From positions 5,754-69,753 of the forward strand of contig JAUSGI010000005.1 in assembly GCA_030649135.1 (NCBI GenBank): a stretch of DNA of 64,000 nt. Direction: 5' to 3'. Of this stretch, positions 56,574 through 64,000 are shown piece after piece (the stretch's first letter is position 1; every line of letters begins with the position of its first letter). A program made the translations under genes and the position numbers. The notes under the pieces are model-generated. The model was given only the letters and a program-made list of their open reading frames with translations. It was not told the DNA's origin and made no database searches. The stretch is from a bacterium (GTDB lineage Bacteria; Patescibacteriota; Minisyncoccia; Phycocordibacterales; Zambryskibacteraceae).

Positions 56574-57088
56574 TTTTAAAAAACTCCAAGCCACTTCTTA
56601 TCATACTTTCACTCATCTCTATTTCACTTCTTGCCGTGCTGGTATTGGGAGCATACAGAATACAACTCAAGAATAAGGAGGCTTCCGAACTTCTTAATTT
56701 GGCGGATCGCGCTGCCGAGGCAAGAACTTTGGCCCAGTCCATCCGCACGGTACAAAGTAGTGCCGCCGAAGAATTGGCGGCTTTTGATAGTTTTACGCTT
56801 TCCGACAGTAAGCTTGTACCTCTCATTGAAAGTGTGGAGGGGGTTGGCAAGGCCCTTGGTCTTAATACCGATATCGTATCTGTGGGGAAAATAGAGGACA
56901 AAAAAGCTGTCGAGCCGGCCATGATTCGTATAGTGATGGAGACTCAAGGTTCATGGGCGCAAAACCTTTCCTTTCTGCGGGCTATCGAGAGTTTGCCTAA
57001 CCGAGTGGTAATAGATGAGCTCGGTCTCTCGAAAGCGGAGGTCGGTTGGCGTTTAAGAATGGTCCTATCACTTTATTCATTTAACTAA
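56570..57088 (+). CDS. PilO-like type IV pilus assembly protein
   Basis: N-terminal TM, coiled-coil and C-terminal domain. Gene order after PilM/PilN. Confidence 0.45.
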   Translation: MILKNSKPLLIILSLISISLLAVLVLGAYRIQLKNKEASELLNLADRAAEARTLAQSIRTVQSSAAEELAAFDSFTLSDSKLVPLIESVEGVGKALGLNTDIVSVGKIEDKKAVEPAMIRIVMETQGSWAQNLSFLRAIESLPNRVVIDELGLSKAEVGWRLRMVLSLYSFN

Positions 57089-57092
57089 TACT

Positions 57093-57419
57093 ATGGAGAA
57101 CTCCCCAGCATCTCTAAAGAAGTCGAGTAGGAAGGCTAAAGGCGGCTTGTTTACTTTCGGTACCAGTCCGGAGGCCGATTGGAAGATTATTTTAATCTCG
57201 GCGATGATTCTTGCCGCCTCGGTTATCGCCCTTAGTGTTTTTATTTTTATAAAAGTTGGCAAGGGAGAAATCTTTGTGGCAGATATGCCTGAAGTGCAGA
57301 AAGAAAAAGCTCTAGATACCGCGCTTCTCAAAGAAACCGTTTTGTATTATCAAAATAAGGCGCTCGAGCTTGAGAAAATTAAGAGCACGAGAATCCCAAC
57401 TGCCGATCCTTCGTTATAG
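57093..57419 (+). CDS. hypothetical single-TM protein
   Basis: TM helix ILISAMILAASVIALSVFIFI. Confidence 0.4.
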   Translation: MENSPASLKKSSRKAKGGLFTFGTSPEADWKIILISAMILAASVIALSVFIFIKVGKGEIFVADMPEVQKEKALDTALLKETVLYYQNKALELEKIKSTRIPTADPSL

Positions 57420-57538
57420 GTGCGGTTTCAAGTTTTCTTCTCGACCTGAGTTTTATCGAAGGTTGGCGGCATTAAATCCAGGAATTCACGGAGTGAATAT
57501 CTAAATAATACAAGATTATGACAAAAATTTCAATTTTA

Positions 57539-57583
57539 GAAAAAAGCAGAGCCCCAAGCAGAATTGAATTCCGCAAGGGGCTC
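57539..57583 (-). terminator. rho-independent terminator (minus strand)
   Basis: On the minus strand, GAGCCCCttgcggaattcaattctgcttGGGGCTC followed by TGCTTTTTTCT. Confidence 0.6.
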
Positions 57584-57610
57584 GAGTACGAGCTGTTTTC
57601 GAAGAAGCCA

Positions 57611-57907
57611 TTACGACCTCTGCGAAGGCGCGACCTCTCTTCCACTGAACAGAATCACGACGCCGAGTACGAAACCGAAGTTGTACCAACCGCCGCTGTT
57701 ATGAACCTCATAGAAGCCCACATTGTTCGAGAAGAGCGAGATGACCAAAGTGATCGGCGCGATCATCCCATGCCATAGACCGAGCCAGAAGCCAGCGAGG
57801 CTCCCGTCCGAGGCAACGATATGCGCGGCGGTGTTGGGACCGGCGGCACAGCCCGTCAGGAACAGCGCGCTATAGAACAACATCCCGAGCAGGTGCGTTT
57901 TCTTCAT
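57611..57907 (-). CDS. small lipoprotein/membrane protein, GC-rich cassette gene
   Basis: MKKTHLLGMLFYSALFLTGC lipobox. AAGGAGG SD. Own promoter and terminator. Confidence 0.5.
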   Translation of the reverse strand: MKKTHLLGMLFYSALFLTGCAAGPNTAAHIVASDGSLAGFWLGLWHGMIAPITLVISLFSNNVGFYEVHNSGGWYNFGFVLGVVILFSGREVAPSQRS

Positions 57908-57982
57908 CGCCTTTTCCTCCTTAAGGTGCTATTCCGCGAAGCCCTCGCGGTGGGGATTTCGGATAACTCCGATTCTTAAACC

Positions 57983-58011
57983 AATATAGCATATATGGTC
58001 TTGGAAGTCAA
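57983..58011 (-). promoter_or_regulatory. sigma70-like promoter TTGACT-17-TATATT (minus strand)
   Basis: Followed by an about 70-nt leader containing the hairpin CCGCGAGGGCTTCGCGG. Confidence 0.45.
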
Positions 58012-58116
58012 GCCCAACAGAAAAAGCCTATATTTTAGGGCTTTTTCAAGGTTTCTGAATTATTTGATTTGGATTAAAAAATTTTCTTCCCCATTATAAC
58101 CCGATTTCCTACATGG

Positions 58117-58188
58117 TGCCCCCGGCAGGAATCGAACCTGCATCAAAGCCTTAGAAGAGCTCTACTTTATCCATTAAGCTACGGGGAC
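58117..58188 (-). tRNA. tRNA-Arg (anticodon TCT)
   Basis: Acceptor GTCCCCG/CGGGGGC, anticodon loop CTTCTAA, T-loop TTCGATT. CCA encoded. Confidence 0.85.
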
Positions 58189-58226
58189 AGGGGACAAGAT
58201 ACCATCTAAAATTATCAGTATGGGGG

Positions 58227-59378
58227 CTATCTAGCAAGTTTTTTGACGGCGTTGGAAACAGCCAGCACCACTTTTTTATCAAAGATATCCGGAATGATTT
58301 TCTCCGTGGTTGGTCTCTTGACCACAGCGGCCAGGGCAAGTGCCGCCGCAGTTTTCATTTTATCGGTGATCTGGGAAGTACGAGCCTCTATTGCCCCTTT
58401 AAAAATTCCCGGATAAACAAGAACGTTATTAATTTGGTTAGGGAAATCGGAGCGGCCTGAAGCGATGATAACTGCTCCACCCAGTTTGGCTTCTTCTGGC
58501 ATGATTTCTGGTATGGGGTTAGCCATGGCGAAAATAATTGCTCCCTTGGCCATAGTTTTTACGTCAGAAGCTTTAAGCAAATTACCCTTTGAAACTCCAA
58601 TAAAGACATCGGAGCCCTTAAGAGCGTCATAAAGCGAGCCCGAAGCGTTGTTTCTATTTGTAATTTTGAGAATCTCTTTCTTGATAGGGGTTAAGCCGCG
58701 CCTTTTCCCGCTGATAACTCCGTGGGTGTCGCAGACTAATATTTTACGCACCCCATAGTAATAAAGTAGTTTGGTGGTAGCTACCCCCGCCGCTCCCGCG
58801 CCGTTTATAACCACCCGTATGGATTCTTTTTTCTTTCCCACCACTTTTAGTGCATTAATTAAACCGGCGAGCACCACAATCGCCGTGCCATGCTGGTCAT
58901 CATGCATCACCGGTATCGAGAGTTCTTTTTTCAAACGTGTTTCAATCTCAAAACAACGTGGCGCAGAAATATCTTCCAAATTAATGCCACCAAAGGTCGG
59001 GGCAATTGCTTTGACTGCGGCCACTATCTCATTGGTGTTTTGCGTAGAAAGCACAATAGGGAAGCCATCGATATTGGCAAAGCGCTTAAAAAGGACGGCC
59101 TTGCCCTCCATGATGGGAAGCGCCGCTTCAGGGCCGATATTACCTAATCCCAGTACCGCTGAGCCGTCCGAGACGATAGCTACGCCGTTTTTGGTAGCGG
59201 TCAGGTCGTAGGCGAGTGCTTTATTTTTGGCTATAGCCAGTGCCGGCCCGGCGACGCCCGGCGTATAGGCGATAGATAAATCCTCCCGGGTTTTGACGGG
59301 CAATTTCCCAATCACCGAGATTTTTCCGCGAGCTTTTCGATGGGCCGCAATACTTAATTTTTGATAATCTTTTTTCAA
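58227..59378 (-). CDS. NAD(P)-dependent malic enzyme
   Basis: Malic-enzyme N-terminal and NAD-binding domains (...GINLEDISAPRCFEIE..., GAGAAGVA). Confidence 0.9.
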   Translation of the reverse strand: MKKDYQKLSIAAHRKARGKISVIGKLPVKTREDLSIAYTPGVAGPALAIAKNKALAYDLTATKNGVAIVSDGSAVLGLGNIGPEAALPIMEGKAVLFKRFANIDGFPIVLSTQNTNEIVAAVKAIAPTFGGINLEDISAPRCFEIETRLKKELSIPVMHDDQHGTAIVVLAGLINALKVVGKKKESIRVVINGAGAAGVATTKLLYYYGVRKILVCDTHGVISGKRRGLTPIKKEILKITNRNNASGSLYDALKGSDVFIGVSKGNLLKASDVKTMAKGAIIFAMANPIPEIMPEEAKLGGAVIIASGRSDFPNQINNVLVYPGIFKGAIEARTSQITDKMKTAAALALAAVVKRPTTEKIIPDIFDKKVVLAVSNAVKKLAR

Positions 59379-59379
59379 G

Positions 59380-59452
59380 TGGGCGGTAGAGGACTTGAAC
59401 CCCTGGCATCCTCAGTGTAAATGAGGCGCTCTACCAACTGAGCTAACCGCCC
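59380..59452 (-). tRNA. tRNA-Val (anticodon TAC)
   Basis: Acceptor GGGCGGT/ACCGCCC, D-arm GCTC..GAGC, anticodon loop TTTACAC, T-loop TTCAAGT. Confidence 0.85.
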
Positions 59453-59492
59453 TAATGGCACGATGTTATCATATATTGTATGGTCTGTGCAG

Positions 59493-59574
59493 GGGCACGT
59501 GGCGAAATTGGTAAACACGCACGCTTCAGAAGCGTGTGCCGCAAGGCTTGGGAGTTCGAGTCTCCCCGTGCCCA
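59493..59574 (+). tRNA. tRNA-Leu (anticodon CAG), type II
   Basis: Acceptor GGGCACG/CGTGCCC, anticodon stem CACGC/GCGTG with loop TTCAGAA, long variable arm, T-loop TTCGAGT. Confidence 0.85.
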
Positions 59575-59600
59575 CTCGACAAGCTCGTAGTAAACCGTCT

Positions 59601-60314
59601 ATGACTGACTTATCCGAAAATATTCTATACGAAGACGAAGATATCATCGTGCTTAACAAGCCGGCAGGACTCGTGGTGCATCCAGACGGTCGCACCAAGG
59701 AGCCGAGCGTATCGGAGTGGTTTGGTCAGATGTATCCGGAGTCTAGAGAGGTGGGCGAAAAGTTTGGCGATATTGAGCGACCCGGTGTGGTGCATAGAAT
59801 AGACCGGGAAACTTCAGGAATACTGCTCCTCGCTAAGACTAAAATCGGGCACAAAGTGCTTAAAGAACAGTTTCAAAAAAGAGAAATTGAAAAAATCTAC
59901 CATCTTTTCATATACGGTAATCTTAAAGACGACCAGGGTACCATTAATTTACCGATAGGCAGAAGTGCCAGTAACTTCCGCAAGCGCTCCGCCGAGCGGG
60001 GGGCCAAAGGGGAGAAGCGAGAGGCAGTAACCTACTTTAGGGTCATTAAACGAGCAGAGGATGAGAGTGTCACCTTTGTCGAAGCTAAACCAAAGACGGG
60101 CAGGACTCACCAGATTCGGGTGCATTTCAAAGCGCTTCATCATCCGGTTGTCTGCGACAAACTCTACGCGGTCAACAAACCTTGCCTCTTAGGTTTCAAT
60201 CGCCTCGCTCTCCACTCTCGCGCTATTACTTTCAACACCGTCGGTGGCAAAAAAATAACCATCGAAGCCCCATATCCTAAGGATTTTGTGAACGCCATGG
60301 ACATTGTCGGTTAA
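59601..60314 (+). CDS. RluA-family pseudouridine synthase
   Basis: VLNKPAGLVVHP and the catalytic motif HRIDRETSGILLLAKT. Confidence 0.9.
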   Translation: MTDLSENILYEDEDIIVLNKPAGLVVHPDGRTKEPSVSEWFGQMYPESREVGEKFGDIERPGVVHRIDRETSGILLLAKTKIGHKVLKEQFQKREIEKIYHLFIYGNLKDDQGTINLPIGRSASNFRKRSAERGAKGEKREAVTYFRVIKRAEDESVTFVEAKPKTGRTHQIRVHFKALHHPVVCDKLYAVNKPCLLGFNRLALHSRAITFNTVGGKKITIEAPYPKDFVNAMDIVG

Positions 60315-60336
60315 GATGTGTTAGATTAATGTCCTT

Positions 60337-60729
60337 ATGAATAGGGTAATTAGCCCGGTAAATATCGAAGAGAGACAAAAAATCGACCTAAGGTCGGGCG
60401 ATACCGTGCGGGTCTGGCAGAAAATTGTCGAGAAGGGTAAGACTCGTTTGCAGGCCTTTGAAGGTCTGGTGCTCGCGCGTAAACACGGCAGGGAGGCGGG
60501 TGCCACTTTCACCGTCCGTCGTATGTCTTCCGGCGTAGGTGTGGAAAAGATTTTTCCGCTCTATTCTCCCGTGATAGACAAGATTGAAGTGGTGAAGCGC
60601 TCATCGGTCCGCCGTGCCAAGCTCTACCATATCCGAGAAAAAGCCACCAAAGAAATCAGCCGCCAAATGAGAAATCTCAGAATGGCGAAAGAGGTTGAAG
60701 GGGTAGTTTCTGAAGCGGAAGCGAAGTAA
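60337..60729 (+). CDS. rplS: 50S ribosomal protein L19
   Basis: ...[35 protein letters not shown]... matches L19. Confidence 0.9.
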   Translation: MNRVISPVNIEERQKIDLRSGDTVRVWQKIVEKGKTRLQAFEGLVLARKHGREAGATFTVRRMSSGVGVEKIFPLYSPVIDKIEVVKRSSVRRAKLYHIREKATKEISRQMRNLRMAKEVEGVVSEAEAK

Positions 60730-60742
60730 TATTAACGGTAAT

Positions 60743-60826
60743 GCGCGGGTGTTGAAATTGGTAGACAAGCTACCTTGAGGTGGTAGTGCTCGCAAGGGCG
60801 TGGAGGTTCAAATCCTCTCCCGCGCA
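60743..60826 (+). tRNA. tRNA-Leu (anticodon GAG), type II
   Basis: Acceptor GCGCGGG/CCCGCGC, anticodon stem CTACC/GGTAG with loop TTGAGGT, long variable arm. Confidence 0.85.
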
Positions 60827-60867
60827 CATTCGACTTAGACGCCCTTCGCGTTACAATTAACTTTGAT

Positions 60868-60940
60868 GGTGCCTATGGTGTAACGGTTAACACTCGAGCT
60901 TGTGGAGCTCGCAATCAGGGTTCGATTCCCTGTAGGCACC
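60868..60940 (+). tRNA. tRNA-His (anticodon GTG) with encoded G-1; attachment site of the downstream integrated element
   Basis: G-1 plus acceptor GTGCCTA/TAGGCAC, anticodon loop TTGTGGA, T-loop TTCGATT, discriminator C, CCA encoded. Confidence 0.85.
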
Positions 60941-62611
60941 CCAAACGGTATCTAATATAACTGCAGAAGGTTTATTGGATGCCACCTCGAAAGTCTCGAC
61001 TTTGTGTCGGGATTTTTGAGTTTTAGGGGCAACTTTCGACTTTGATTTGCCGGCCACCACCGGGCTGAATTCTACCGCCATGTCGGTCACGATCCGTGGC
61101 ATCTGGCCTTCTTTGTATTTATTGGTGAATACCAATCCTTCGGCTTGCATCAATGCTCGTATGATCGGGCTTGGTATGACCGTTACGGCTTTCTTGTCGG
61201 TAACCTCGAAGCGTTCCCAGTAGAGGCCGAGGAATAGTCGCTTCATCTCATCCGGAGCTTTCATATATGCCTCGTATGCGTTTCTCACAAAAAGCAGGAT
61301 GTCTTGGAGTTCGTCGATCCGCATGTTGAGTTTTTTGTCCTGGGTGTAGATTTCGTCCTGTATGCCCTCGACCTGTTCCTTGATCTTCACTTTGACTCGG
61401 GTGAAATCGTCATCTGAAATCAGTCCGGCAAATAGTTTTTCTTCGGCCGTGTCGCGCTTCTTTTCCAGCACCATCTTTTGAGTGTTGAGGGCTTTCTTGT
61501 CTTTATTTATGACTTCCTTTCGACCGCTATATATTTTCTCGATCTTGGCGACCATTCGATTCACGAATGTCGGAGTAAATCCGATCAGTTTGAAAAGATC
61601 GGCGATCTGCTGTTCCAAATCCCAAACCTCCACGTATTTGTCAGTGCATTTGATCTGATCGCCGGACCGGTTGCAGTGATAGTAGGATTTATTTTTCTTT
61701 GGGTGATGTTCGGCGGTGTATCGCTGGCCGCAGATCGCGCAGAATGTAAGGCCTCGCAGTATGAAATTAAACTTTTGGCGACGGCAGGCATAGCGATTGT
61801 GTTCGGCCATCACCAGCTGGGCGCGTTCCCATGTTTCTTTGGTGATGAGCGGTTTATGTTTTCCGGTGTTCACCAATCCTCGCCAGCGCATCTCGCCATA
61901 ATAGAAAGGATTTTTAAGTATCTCGATCATCTTGCTATGCGCGAGCCGCTTGCCGGCGTGAGTTCTAAATCCTTTTTTATATAAAGTGTCGCGGACTTCG
62001 TAAACGGAATAGTCACTGGTCACATACATCTTGAATGCCTCTTGAATAAGCGGTGCGCGTTCTTCGTCGGTAATAATGATCCTCTTTTTCTCATCACTCG
62101 GATCGCCGGCATTAAGATATCCGTTCGCAACACCAGTCGGCCACCAGCCATCCCAAAACTTCTGCTCGAGGCTCTTTATGGTTTTTCTTGAGGTGATCTG
62201 CGACTGGAGCTGGTTTACACCGGCGATCACCAAGTCCATGAAGTTTCCCTCCGGAGAGTCGGTTATGCCCGGCTGGGAAACTGAAAACAATTCGACGTTA
62301 TGCTTTTTGAGGATCGCTTTGATCTGCATGTGATCGAGCGCGTTTCTCGCAAGCCGGTCGGTGTCTTGGATAAACACGGCGCGAATAGCCTTGTCGTCTT
62401 GGACCCGAAGTAGCATATCCTGAAGTCCCGGACGGTTCATATTCGTGGCTGATCGTCCCGGGTCTTCAAAGACTCCTTCGTTCGCAAGCTTGAATTTATT
62501 ACTTTCCTCGATTGCTCGCTTGCAGAGTTTGAGCTGGGTAGCGAGGGAATGGTGGCCGTCCTCGGCTTGTTCTTCAGTCGAGACACGGCAGTAAATTAAT
62601 GCATGTTCCAT
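60887..62611 (-). CDS. large serine recombinase (integrase)
   Basis: N-terminal resolvase catalytic domain (IYCRVSTEEQ), recombinase domain, Cys-rich zinc ribbon, coiled-coil. The last about 18 codons are the reverse complement of the tRNA-His 3' half. Confidence 0.85.
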   Translation of the reverse strand: MEHALIYCRVSTEEQAEDGHHSLATQLKLCKRAIEESNKFKLANEGVFEDPGRSATNMNRPGLQDMLLRVQDDKAIRAVFIQDTDRLARNALDHMQIKAILKKHNVELFSVSQPGITDSPEGNFMDLVIAGVNQLQSQITSRKTIKSLEQKFWDGWWPTGVANGYLNAGDPSDEKKRIIITDEERAPLIQEAFKMYVTSDYSVYEVRDTLYKKGFRTHAGKRLAHSKMIEILKNPFYYGEMRWRGLVNTGKHKPLITKETWERAQLVMAEHNRYACRRQKFNFILRGLTFCAICGQRYTAEHHPKKNKSYYHCNRSGDQIKCTDKYVEVWDLEQQIADLFKLIGFTPTFVNRMVAKIEKIYSGRKEVINKDKKALNTQKMVLEKKRDTAEEKLFAGLISDDDFTRVKVKIKEQVEGIQDEIYTQDKKLNMRIDELQDILLFVRNAYEAYMKAPDEMKRLFLGLYWERFEVTDKKAVTVIPSPIIRALMQAEGLVFTNKYKEGQMPRIVTDMAVEFSPVVAGKSKSKVAPKTQKSRHKVETFEVASNKPSAVILDTVWGAYRESNPDCELHKLEC

Positions 62612-62766
62612 AGTATTTTCATTCTAATTTTTGGTTAATTTTTATTAAGAGACCTTTCACAGACACCCTATACTAATTTTGTTGATCCGCTAAGCTTGGT
62701 TGCCCACAATCCTAACTAACACTGCACCAGTCATAAATTTCTTTGAATATGGTTCTTTTTTGCTCA

Positions 62767-62910
62767 TTTTGTTGGGTTTTACCGGGTTTTGTTGGGTTTA
62801 TCTTTTTCTTTTTTAGTGTTAATTAGTGTTAGTTGGTGTGAGTCATATTTCCGACTTTTTGCTCAAAACGTTGCCGTTTGTTGCGGTTTACTGCCGTTTA
62901 ACCGCTTTCA
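62767..62910. repeat. iteron-like direct repeats (TTTTGTTGGGTTT x2, TAGTGTT x3, four 10-bp TTGCCGTTTG-like units)
   Basis: Short tandem direct repeats between the recombinase start and the Rep-like gene end. Confidence 0.45.
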
Positions 62911-63689
62911 CCGGCTATTGAAAGCAGGGCATTAAAATATGCACCTTTGTTTTCAATCGTTCCGGAGGGTGTTCGCTTCAACTTTTCATAGGCATTTTCT
63001 ATTCGGGGAAGTCCGTATCTCTTAAGAGCCGAAAGCATAAAGCTCATATCTACTTCCTCGAGATATCGGGCGATCTCAAGACACTTTTCCTCCTCAAAGC
63101 TTCTCGGACTGAAACTTCTTACGGGACGACGAGTCGATCGATTGTTTTTATTTTCTTTTTCGTTATCGTTCTTCTGACTTCTGCCGAACGAACTTTTTGA
63201 AGTGAAAGAAAACCGCTCTACCAAAGCACTTTTATCACTTTCCAACTTCTGCAAAACATCACTGACTTCTGTCGGCACTCCTGCCAGTGATTGGTCATCA
63301 GAACCACTCTCACTTCTGCCAGACTTCTGTTTGCTACGGATTTCAAGGTCTACAAAACCGCCATTAGATAAGGGATAACTGGCGATATCCACATGGAACG
63401 AACTTCTGCGACCTTGCTGTCCGACAAACCATACACACTTCTTACGCTTAAGGTTTAGCATCAGACGGTTGATATGATTTTTGGAGTACTTTTCTTTGAA
63501 ATCTTTAGATAATCCGGCGTAGCTCACGTGGGCTTTGCCACTTCTTGGATTTGCATTGATCCAAAGCCAGACCAATACCGAGTATTCCTCAAATCGTAAA
63601 TACCCGTCCACGAGAGCGGTCTTTATGCTTCGGGGAAGCTTTACGTAATCGTTATTGTCTATTTCGAATGGTAGATTTTCCATATTCAT
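62898..63689 (-). CDS. hypothetical DNA-binding / replication-initiator-like protein of the element
   Basis: Predicted winged-helix-like N-terminal region, a Ser/Lys-rich linker and a conserved C-terminal region. Adjacent to the iteron-like repeats. Confidence 0.4.
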   Translation of the reverse strand: MNMENLPFEIDNNDYVKLPRSIKTALVDGYLRFEEYSVLVWLWINANPRSGKAHVSYAGLSKDFKEKYSKNHINRLMLNLKRKKCVWFVGQQGRRSSFHVDIASYPLSNGGFVDLEIRSKQKSGRSESGSDDQSLAGVPTEVSDVLQKLESDKSALVERFSFTSKSSFGRSQKNDNEKENKNNRSTRRPVRSFSPRSFEEEKCLEIARYLEEVDMSFMLSALKRYGLPRIENAYEKLKRTPSGTIENKGAYFNALLSIAGESG

Positions 63690-63707
63690 ATTCCATGTTG
63701 GACCGGT

Positions 63708-63974
63708 TTAACTCATAGCATCGTTATACATGAGCGACTTCAGTTCTTTGATCGCTGTAACGAACCCTTTAGCGTTGACCTCGACTAAACCGGCAAAGAA
63801 AGCGCTCACCAACTGGGGGCGATAAGGCTCATTGGTAAAAATAAAATGAAACCGGCGCGAGTCGGCTTTGTCTATGCCTAGTAACGTGTATCCTTTGGCC
63901 ACAAGAAAGGCGGCCGCGTAGAAGTAGCTGGTAGTAAAGTTATTGCTGTTGTCTGGTTGGTTTTTCATTCTCAT
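63708..63974 (-). CDS. DUF5659-like small protein
   Basis: ...YFYAAAFLVAKGYTLLGIDKADSRRFHFIFTNE... resembles the DUF5659 pattern seen in mobile elements. Confidence 0.4.
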   Translation of the reverse strand: MRMKNQPDNSNNFTTSYFYAAAFLVAKGYTLLGIDKADSRRFHFIFTNEPYRPQLVSAFFAGLVEVNAKGFVTAIKELKSLMYNDAMS

Positions 63975-64000
63975 TTTTATTATCTTTATCCTCTTTTTCT

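Larger units (their letters stand above)
60887..64000. mobile_element. integrated mobile element (prophage/ICE/plasmid-like) at tRNA-His; continues beyond the window
   Basis: Serine recombinase abutting and overlapping tRNA-His, then iteron-like repeats, a Rep-like gene and a DUF5659-like gene. Confidence 0.6.

Noticed and set aside
62767-62910. CRISPR-like array?
   Set aside because: The repeat units are 7-13 bp, directly adjacent or separated by a few bases, and there are no spacer-sized unique segments. This is more consistent with iterons or regulatory repeats of the integrated element.

Overview
The window has lower GC than several sharply bounded inserts, genes are short and tightly packed, and many proteins are reduced (RnpA about 81 aa, YebC 176 aa, PolA without a 3'-5' exonuclease domain). 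This fits a small-genome bacterium such as the Candidate Phyla Radiation / Patescibacteria, but that is an inference from gene style, not a database hit. The core content is a chromosomal replication-origin neighbourhood (rpmH-rnpA-yidC divergent from dnaA-dnaN, with DnaA-box-like 9-mers) plus housekeeping genes. These include ruvA, ruvB, ruvC, yebC, ruvX, polA, uvrD/pcrA, fpg, folD, tyrS, ksgA, comM, the ribosomal proteins S15, S20, L19 and L34, PBP1A and malic enzyme. There are eight tRNAs: Lys-TTT, Arg-GCG, Ser-TGA, Arg-TCT, Val-TAC, Leu-CAG, Leu-GAG and His-GTG. Accessory content is dense. (1) A 12-gene plus-strand cluster (14.1-25.7 kb) looks like a type IV secretion / conjugative-pilus apparatus: a VirB4 ATPase, a TrbL/VirB6-like membrane protein, a PrgI-like protein, a VirB2-like pilin candidate and secreted repeat proteins. 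Type IV pilus parts occur elsewhere (PilB/GspE ATPase, fused PilM-PilN, PilO-like). (2) Three mobile elements are present. One is a REP-associated tyrosine transposase (RAYT/IS200-like HuH) with three copies of a palindromic REP hairpin, one of them in-frame inside the gene. The second is an IS1595-family transposase plus a 302-aa cargo gene inserted in the 3' end of ruvC with 15-bp direct repeats. The third is an integrated element at tRNA-His carrying a large serine recombinase whose C-terminus is encoded by the tRNA 3' half, iteron-like repeats, a Rep-like protein and a DUF5659-like protein. (3) The most unusual signal is a dispersed set of GC-rich self-contained cassettes (near-consensus sigma70 promoter, in four of the six cassettes - long 5' leader, strong SD, small secreted / lipoprotein / Zn-ribbon ORF, GC-hairpin intrinsic terminator) embedded among the AT-richer core genes. 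The clearest is a tandem 4-Cys zinc-ribbon protein at 53.6-54.3 kb. (4) The first 2 kb is GC-rich and largely non-coding. It holds a repeated about 60-70-nt structured RNA-like motif, a palindromic 33-bp motif upstream of two small genes, and an orphan promoter-leader-terminator unit carrying two start-stop mini-ORFs. All calls are from reading the sequence; no searches were run.
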